Shown: positions 51,728-57,448 of the stretch, one piece after another | Layout: the number at the start of each line of letters is the position of its first letter | How positions within the stretch are numbered: the stretch's first letter is position 1 | Virus record (IMG/VR): IMGVR_UViG_3300045440_000056 | Span: 1-57,448 of that record | Strand: one strand, 5' to 3' | Source of the DNA: a virus | Taxonomy: Duplodnaviria > Caudoviricetes | DNA length: 57,448 nucleotides | Position numbers and translations under genes: made by a program | Notes under the pieces: generated by a model | What the model was told of the DNA's origin: nothing | Database searches by the model: none | The model's input: the letters and a program-made list of their open reading frames with translations, nothing else

Positions 51728-54055
51728 ATGAATCAATTTTGTGAAGCTATTCCATGTCCTGTTATACTAAATGCTACCTGTGTATTCTACGAAGGAGCTA
51801 GTTTAGTATGTTCAGGAATCAATACTAATGATACCCTTGAGACTGTCATAGTTAAGTTAAATCAAAAACTATGTAATGTTAGTGGTACATCTGGTACAAG
51901 CGGTACTAGTGGGACCAGTGGTACAACTGGTACCTCAGGATCTAGTGGATCTTCAAGCACTAGTGGTTCAAGTGGAACATCTGCAACTAGTGGTACCACA
52001 GGTACTAGCGGTACATCAGGTACAAGTGGATCAAATGGTGATAGATATAAAACATCTTCTACAACAGATTTCACATTAGGATATGCAGGAACGCTCACTG
52101 TTGGTACTGGATTAGCATATACAACAGGACAATCTATTATAATAGTTCATGATATTAATAACTATCAAGAATGTGTTACTATTTCTTATAATACACTCAC
52201 TGGTATATTAGTATTTGGTACACCAAATTTAACTGTAGGTGGAGGAGCATTCACATCATGGATTGTAAATCTTGATGGTGCTACAGGTGGTGATGGTTCT
52301 TCAGGAACATCAGGAAGTAGTGGAACAGCTGGTACATCTGGAACCACAGGTACAAATGGTACAAGTGGAACTACAGGAACATCAGGTAGTACAGGTTCTA
52401 ATGGTACATCTGGAACAAGAGGCTCAAACGGAACAAGTGGCACAACAGGTACTTCTGGTTCTTCTGGTACTACTGGCACTAGTGGAAGTAACGGAAGTAA
52501 TGGTACATCAGGTACCACAGGAACAAGTGGTTCTAATGGATCTAATGGTACGTCAGGAATAAATGGTGTGAGTGGTACATCTGGATCTAATGGAAGCAGT
52601 GGAACATCAGGATATGATGGAATAAATGGAACTAGTGGCACAACAGGTACGAGTGGAACAAGCGGAACAAGTGGAGATACTGGTAGTAGTGGAACCTCTG
52701 GTACTACAGGTACTTCTGGTACAACAGGTTCAAATGGAACTTCTGGTACATCAGGGACTACAGGAACTAGTGGTACTAATGGTACAAGTGGTATTGCATC
52801 AGGACAAATATATTATTTTAATGAATCTGTAACACAGACACCATTAACATATAAACAGATTGCCCCATTACCAACTGCAGCTTTAACACAAACAGTAACA
52901 AGAACAACAACAGGATTAACACCTGTATTAGTAGATACATTTATTACAGATGCAAGTGGATTGGGCGTGAATGTTATTCCTCCTGGAACACAAAGATTTC
53001 ATTTACATTTCTTAAAAGGAGCTTCTGGATTTAATACAGATACATTCTGTACAATAGAATTAGCTGATAGTGCAGGAACAAGTTATGGTACAGTGATACC
53101 AACTAATCAAGTGTTAATTCCTTGGATTAGTTCTATTCTTCCTGTTGAGGTATATGTAGATTTAGTAATACCAACATCATTTTTTATTCTTCCTACAGAT
53201 AGAATGATTGTTAAAATATATGTTGTAGATCAATCATCAGGTAATCATCCTGTAACTTGGTATACAGAAGGAGAACAATATTATTCTTATGTTATAACAT
53301 CTCTTGGTGCTACATATGGTACATCAGGTACTTCTGGTACTAGTGGATCTTCAGGTACAACTGGTGCAACTGGAAGCTCTGGAACAAGTGGAAGTAATGG
53401 ATCTTCAGGTACTAGTGGTAATACAGGATTACCTGGAACAAATGGAACTAGTGGAACCAGTGCAACAGCAACAGTTCCCAATCTTCAACAAGTTACTAAT
53501 GTTGGTTCAAGTACTACAAGTGGTATAACTGCTGCATCATTTATTAAATCAGGAGCTACATCATCTCAATTCCTATTAGGAAATGGCACAGTTAATACAC
53601 AGATAAATTTAAGTGGTATTAATTTAGGAAGAGTAACTGGTACAACAGCAAATACAATAGCTGCATCTTATTTATGGCCTACTGACATAATATCTGCAGC
53701 TAAAACTTTTACTATTAATTTAGGTGTGTTTAAAGTAAATTTAACTGGTACTTGTCAAGTTAGGGTGTATGCTAATTCATCTGTTAGTCTTACTGGAGCA
53801 ACTTTACTTTCAACAACATCAATGACAATTGCACAATCAAATGCTAACATCATAAGAAATATTGTGAATTATGATGGATCTGGATTTTATATATTTTATT
53901 TACCTACAACATCAGCTTTCCATGATTATTTAGCATTTACTGTCAGTACACAGGTGTATGATCTTTCATCTAATATATATATTATTGTTGCATTTCAAAA
54001 TAGTACAACTACAGAAGATGCATTTTTAAAGTATATTAAAATATCAGCTATATAA
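51728..54055 (+). CDS. Fibre protein with three (Gly-Thr/Ser-Ser/Thr/Asn)n blocks
   Basis: Gly at every third residue in blocks at ~51884-52040, ~52277-52803 and ~53306-53460. Cys-rich N-terminal module shared with 5109 and 5858; LQQVT...SFIKSG module shared with 5858. Confidence 0.8.
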   Translation: MNQFCEAIPCPVILNATCVFYEGASLVCSGINTNDTLETVIVKLNQKLCNVSGTSGTSGTSGTSGTTGTSGSSGSSSTSGSSGTSATSGTTGTSGTSGTSGSNGDRYKTSSTTDFTLGYAGTLTVGTGLAYTTGQSIIIVHDINNYQECVTISYNTLTGILVFGTPNLTVGGGAFTSWIVNLDGATGGDGSSGTSGSSGTAGTSGTTGTNGTSGTTGTSGSTGSNGTSGTRGSNGTSGTTGTSGSSGTTGTSGSNGSNGTSGTTGTSGSNGSNGTSGINGVSGTSGSNGSSGTSGYDGINGTSGTTGTSGTSGTSGDTGSSGTSGTTGTSGTTGSNGTSGTSGTTGTSGTNGTSGIASGQIYYFNESVTQTPLTYKQIAPLPTAALTQTVTRTTTGLTPVLVDTFITDASGLGVNVIPPGTQRFHLHFLKGASGFNTDTFCTIELADSAGTSYGTVIPTNQVLIPWISSILPVEVYVDLVIPTSFFILPTDRMIVKIYVVDQSSGNHPVTWYTEGEQYYSYVITSLGATYGTSGTSGTSGSSGTTGATGSSGTSGSNGSSGTSGNTGLPGTNGTSGTSATATVPNLQQVTNVGSSTTSGITAASFIKSGATSSQFLLGNGTVNTQINLSGINLGRVTGTTANTIAASYLWPTDIISAAKTFTINLGVFKVNLTGTCQVRVYANSSVSLTGATLLSTTSMTIAQSNANIIRNIVNYDGSGFYIFYLPTTSAFHDYLAFTVSTQVYDLSSNIYIIVAFQNSTTTEDAFLKYIKISAI

Positions 54056-54216
54056 TGAAAACAGTAATAAACAATACCACAGGACAACTATTATATTGTA
54101 CAACAATAGAAGTTGTATTAAAAGAAAATGAAATACTAATTGATGAATTGCTAACAGAGGCTTTTGATAATCCGTATTTTGATTTTGAGAGTAGAACTTT
54201 TTATGATAAAATATGA
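54055..54216 (+). CDS. 53-aa acidic protein, possible fibre assembly chaperone
   Basis: MKTVINNTTGQLLYC...NPYFDFESRTFYDKI. TAATG overlap with the fibre stop and ATGA overlap with the next gene. Not in the ORF track. Confidence 0.65.
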   Translation: MKTVINNTTGQLLYCTTIEVVLKENEILIDELLTEAFDNPYFDFESRTFYDKI

Positions 54217-54476
54217 ATAAATTTATAGAAGAAAGATGGTATATGCACTTAGTAGGTGGAGCCATCACAGTAACACCAATAATATGGTTGTTGATTAAAT
54301 TTGACCCCTCCTTTGACATAGGTAAGATAGCTCAGGTGTTTATAGCTGGCTTCTTTGCTTATTGTATTGGATTCATGTGGGAATATTACTTTGCTAGATT
54401 TCATGAGGCTCCATTTAGCTACAATGATATTTGGTTCACAGTGTTAGGTGCATTAATCGGAACATCATTATTATGA
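54213..54476 (+). CDS. Small membrane protein with about three hydrophobic helices
   Basis: HLVGG...GFMWE...FSYND pattern; translationally coupled at both ends. Confidence 0.65.
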   Translation: MNKFIEERWYMHLVGGAITVTPIIWLLIKFDPSFDIGKIAQVFIAGFFAYCIGFMWEYYFARFHEAPFSYNDIWFTVLGALIGTSLL

Positions 54477-54562
54477 CAAAGCAAGACAAAAATTGGATCT
54501 TATTCTGGGTAGTTGTATTTGTAGCATCTGCTATAGTGCTATACTTAACCAATCAAATATAA
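54473..54562 (+). CDS. 29-aa single-pass membrane peptide
   Basis: MTKQDKNWILFWVVVFVASAIVLYLTNQI. ATGA overlap with the previous gene; ends at the terminator. Confidence 0.55.
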   Translation: MTKQDKNWILFWVVVFVASAIVLYLTNQI

Positions 54563-54585
54563 ACCCTCTATGTGAGGGTTTTTAT
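54561..54585. terminator. Terminator hairpin between convergent genes
   Basis: AAACCCTC-TATGT-GAGGGTTT followed by TTAT. It overlaps the stop of the minus-strand glycosyltransferase. Confidence 0.7.
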
Positions 54586-56655
54586 TATTTCTATTATCAT
54601 ATTTGATGTCACACTCTTCTGACATTCGAACTGTCTCTCTGTGCCTTCGTGTAATGGACACCAATTATAATTTCCTTTATCAAACTTATATTCTGGTTTA
54701 TTCCAACATCCATGACATACATTTGTGTTAACTGGTCTATGGCATGAGAACTCATGATCTTTATCAGTGAAGTTAGAGATCATAATCACTGGTACATCTA
54801 ACCCCCAAGCTAACCAACTTAATCCACTAGAGAGTCCTATAAAGAATTCACTTTGTGCTATCCATTCTATTGTACTACCCATTGATTTATCAATTAATCG
54901 ATCACAATTATCAAATGGATTATTCTCTAGTGATACATTCTTCACTCTATATCCTTGATCATGTAGATAGTTAATCACCTCTTGCCAAGCTTCTCTGGTC
55001 CAAAACTTACATCCAGATGTACTATTTGTAGCTATTGTAACTAGTTTATAATTTGCTTTAAGTCCTGAGTGATGTATTATAGGTTTAATTTCTACATAAG
55101 GAAGACCTAAAATGTTTGTAGCTGTTTGTTGAAGAGGAATTGTATTAGGAAGAACAGGTTCTTTATTATCATTATAGAACCAACCTAACTTATACATTGC
55201 ATATAGATTATTAACTACAGTTCCTGGTTCTACAAACTCTAGCTCTGTATAAACGTCAAGTATTTTGTTCCAAAAACTTGACACAATCACATGACATTTG
55301 TGTTTCTTCTTGAACTCAAGAGCATATGGTATCCAAGCTAATGTATCTCCTAATGAAGAACTATCAAAAGCAATGTACACTCTCTTGTCTGTCAAATCTA
55401 TTATCTTATTGTACACTTCTACACCATCCTTGTAAACAATAGTTTGCCATGTAGTGAAGTATTCTCTGTTAAGTTTTATCCAATGGTTGCACTTTATTGT
55501 ATCATAATGAACTAATAATTGTGTTTCTACATCATAAAACTCTACATCAAATGTACTATCACTAGTTCCTGTTATTTCAAGAAATGGTTGTCCAACAAAA
55601 TTTTGTATGATATTATAATCATTTACAGGCTTTTTGTTCGGAATAACGGACATTGCTTTCTCATATAATGATATGTGATGTTTAGCAAAATCATCAGTTG
55701 TATTATTTATTGGTACATCATATTGCTTACCATAGTTTAATAACATCTCTAATTGAGTCTTTGGTTCTTTAATATCTACTATATACTCAGTGAACATATT
55801 CTTATACTGAGGAAGATTTCTAGCAAGAATAGGTAACCCATATCCAATAGCTTCTCTAAGTACAAGAGGATTACATTCCCATGTGCTGTTAAACATAAAT
55901 GCATCTGCAGCTTTCATAAATCTATCTATGTCATCTCTTTCTCCCCATACAGTAACATTATCAGGTAGATCTTTCATTAAGGGTTTCCAATAGTCTTCAA
56001 AGTTACCAGCTTGATTACCTACAAAGTGAAACTCTATATATGGTAGAGATCTAGCTATCTCTATTCCTTCTCCTTGATTCTTTTCTTTGGTCCATAGTCC
56101 TACATTAACTACATGCTTTCTTCTACTATCCATTCCTAGATATGCTTTACTAAACAGTTTGTCTTTTGGAGAAACAATCTGTCTATCTATAGGGAACTCA
56201 ATCACTTCTCTATAGCCATCTAGGTTAAAAAATGTATCTAAGTGATAGGGAGTACAGAAAGCATATGCATCTGGTGTAAATATCTTATTGGCAGGATTAA
56301 AAGAAACATCATGACAAGTCTCAACTATCCTATATTTCCTATCAGGAGAGTAAAGTCTTCTTACCATTTTAGCATCTAGTCTTTCAGACATCTCATCTAT
56401 ATGTATAATGTCTGGTTTAAACTCTTCTACAGCCTTAAAGATTCTCATCTTATCTTCATTCAGTGTATATAAGCCTGTAAGCTTTATAATTTCATCTCTC
56501 TGTACAACATAATCTTTGCTGTAACATTGATATTCTACCACTTGAATTGATACATTTGGCAGAGTTTGCAACGCTTGTATTCTCTTAAGAAGGAATGCTG
56601 GCATACCACCTGTAGATAGGTGAGGAGCAAGGAATAGAATTTTTAGTTTAGACAT
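54568..56655 (-). CDS. Bifunctional glycosyltransferase: N-terminal GT4 plus C-terminal TibC/Aah-like (BAHT family) protein O-heptosyltransferase
   Basis: GT4 motifs: LAPHLSTGG, VVNVG..TKEKNQ, ADAFMFNSTWECNPLVLREA. BAHT motifs: SLGDTLAW, LQQTATNILGL, STSGCKFW, FFIGLSSGLSWLAW, PVIMISNFT, and the four-Cys iron site CHGCWN...WCP.H...QFEC. Confidence 0.85.
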   Translation of the reverse strand: MSKLKILFLAPHLSTGGMPAFLLKRIQALQTLPNVSIQVVEYQCYSKDYVVQRDEIIKLTGLYTLNEDKMRIFKAVEEFKPDIIHIDEMSERLDAKMVRRLYSPDRKYRIVETCHDVSFNPANKIFTPDAYAFCTPYHLDTFFNLDGYREVIEFPIDRQIVSPKDKLFSKAYLGMDSRRKHVVNVGLWTKEKNQGEGIEIARSLPYIEFHFVGNQAGNFEDYWKPLMKDLPDNVTVWGERDDIDRFMKAADAFMFNSTWECNPLVLREAIGYGLPILARNLPQYKNMFTEYIVDIKEPKTQLEMLLNYGKQYDVPINNTTDDFAKHHISLYEKAMSVIPNKKPVNDYNIIQNFVGQPFLEITGTSDSTFDVEFYDVETQLLVHYDTIKCNHWIKLNREYFTTWQTIVYKDGVEVYNKIIDLTDKRVYIAFDSSSLGDTLAWIPYALEFKKKHKCHVIVSSFWNKILDVYTELEFVEPGTVVNNLYAMYKLGWFYNDNKEPVLPNTIPLQQTATNILGLPYVEIKPIIHHSGLKANYKLVTIATNSTSGCKFWTREAWQEVINYLHDQGYRVKNVSLENNPFDNCDRLIDKSMGSTIEWIAQSEFFIGLSSGLSWLAWGLDVPVIMISNFTDKDHEFSCHRPVNTNVCHGCWNKPEYKFDKGNYNWCPLHEGTERQFECQKSVTSNMIIEIIKTLT

Positions 56656-56679
56656 TGTTTAGACATTAGTTTAGACATT
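56646..56679 (-). repeat. Triplicated start-codon unit AATGTCTAAAC
   Basis: Plus-strand GTTTAGACATT at 56646, 56657 and 56669, giving minus-strand ATGs at 56678, 56666 and 56655. Confidence 0.9.
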
Positions 56680-56692
56680 CGACTTTTAAAAA

Positions 56693-56700
56693 CAAAGATA
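56693..56700 (-). promoter_or_regulatory. Bacteroidota -7 element (TATCTTTG) for the glycosyltransferase
   Basis: Plus-strand CAAAGATA reads as a perfect TAnnTTTG on the minus strand. No clear -33 box. Confidence 0.6.
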
Positions 56701-56720
56701 TAAAAATATATTTAGCTTAT

Positions 56721-56783
56721 GCTATATTATGAAGGAAATCTCCTCAGACCATTTTATTATATGGAATATATGATTTACATTTG
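56721..56783 (+). promoter_or_regulatory. Class A promoter: GCTATATTAT box plus -7 TACATTTG
   Basis: Box at 56721-56730 and TACATTTG at 56776-56783, a 45-nt gap. Upstream of the putative lysis genes. Confidence 0.65.
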
Positions 56784-56865
56784 TTATAAAATTTTATAAT
56801 TATTTCTTCCTTGCAATTACGTTCTGTAATTGTCTATTATTATAATAATACTACCATCTGCACTT

Positions 56866-57189
56866 ATGGAAAACAATTTTGAAAAACACGTAGAACAAGA
56901 ATTAAAAAGCATGGACCAACGCCTATATGATCTAGAGGAGAAGATGACTTCAATAGATACCAAACTAACACAAGTTGTGGACGCTATATTAGGAAACGCA
57001 TTAACCAAAGCAGGAGGTTTTGTTGCTGAGTTGAATGAATTGAAGGGTAAGATAAAAACCCTAGAGGATAAACTTAGTAAACAGGAAAACTTCAAGAATA
57101 GAGTGATGTGGACTATTGGTATAGTAGTGGCTATTGGTGTTATACTACAATATCTAGCAAGTATCTATTATAATATAAAACGAGCATGA
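56866..57189 (+). CDS. Coiled-coil protein with C-terminal transmembrane helix (holin/XhlA-like lysis accessory)
   Basis: The ATG at 56866 is preferred over the TTG at 56830. Heptad-rich body and hydrophobic VMWTIGIVVAIGVILQYLA. Confidence 0.55.
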   Translation: MENNFEKHVEQELKSMDQRLYDLEEKMTSIDTKLTQVVDAILGNALTKAGGFVAELNELKGKIKTLEDKLSKQENFKNRVMWTIGIVVAIGVILQYLASIYYNIKRA

Positions 57190-57448
57190 TGTTTATAAAA
57201 AAGAATTACTTATACTTAATCATAGGTGTCCTACTTCTTGTAATACTATTACAGAGATGTACATCTGGTGAACCTATTAAGCCTGTACCACCAACTGTAA
57301 AGATAGACACTGTGTGGATTAAACGTGATAGTATTATATATTCTAAGCCTAAGATAGTAACAGTTATCAAAGGAATCCCTGAGTTACAATATGTACCAGA
57401 TACATCTTATGCAAAGCTTGTTGTACAATACAAAAGTTTAGTTGATCT
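57186..57448 (+). CDS. Membrane-anchored protein, spanin-like; 3'-truncated by the window edge
   Basis: MMFIKKNYLYLIIGVLLLVILLQRC... has an N-terminal hydrophobic helix, then Pro-rich and DTV/DSI segments. ATGA overlap with the previous gene; open to the window end. Confidence 0.55.
   Translation, partial: MMFIKKNYLYLIIGVLLLVILLQRCTSGEPIKPVPPTVKIDTVWIKRDSIIYSKPKIVTVIKGIPELQYVPDTSYAKLVVQYKSLVD

Larger units (their letters stand above)
1..57448 (+). mobile_element. crAss-like (Crassvirales-type) bacteriophage genome segment: structural, cargo/vRNAP and start of lysis module
   Basis: Nearly all genes are on one strand. The order ring/IHF-like/tail-tubular/muzzle followed by giant cargo proteins with a DFDID RNA polymerase matches crAss-like phages. 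Bacteroidota-type promoter boxes are present and no bacterial housekeeping genes are seen. Confidence 0.9.

Noticed and set aside
51862-53528. Val/Pro/Leu-rich alternative-frame and antisense ORFs over the GTS repeats (also 2886-3083)
   Set aside because: These are shadows of low-complexity codons that lack stops in other frames.
56784-56799. Perfect palindrome TTATAAAATTTTATAA
   Set aside because: It is A/T-only in very AT-rich intergenic DNA and occurs once, so chance cannot be excluded.
1-57448. Stop-codon reassignment (TAG or TGA), as in some crAss-like phages
   Set aside because: Genes are long and tightly packed under the standard code. Most end in TAA, but TGA and TAG also act as stops.
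1-57448. tRNA or rRNA genes
   Set aside because: Intergenic gaps are short and AT-rich, with no cloverleaf or rRNA-like sequence.

Overview
This window is the structural and virion-cargo region of an AT-rich crAss-like (Crassvirales-type, phi14:2-like) podophage. The host is probably Bacteroidota, judged from TAnnTTTG -7 promoter boxes and A-rich leaders without Shine-Dalgarno sequences; translation uses the standard code. Gene order: end of a capsid-associated gene; decoration and fibre genes (two FISUMP proteins, a tail-collar protein, a beta-solenoid fibre, a collagen fibre, a DUF285/BspA-LamG adhesin); an HTH-metallophosphoesterase; ring, IHF-like, tail-tubular and muzzle genes; ejected cargo proteins, including a 4251-aa virion RNA polymerase (DFDID motif) and a 2143-aa protein with a PD-(D/E)xK nuclease; a (Gly-Thr-Ser)n fibre; a minus-strand glycosyltransferase; and the start of a putative lysis module. 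The best candidate for a new system is phage-encoded virion O-glycosylation. A GT4 domain is fused to a TibC/Aah-type iron-binding protein O-heptosyltransferase, and at least nine predicted virion proteins carry mucin-like Thr/Ser tracts or G-T-S repeats. Supporting observations are a paralogous 'anchor + Thr/Ser stalk + variable head' family, a muzzle gene split by such a module, a triplicated and frameshifted start codon on the glycosyltransferase, and two classes of fixed-spacing promoter elements. All family assignments come from motif recognition by eye; no searches were run.
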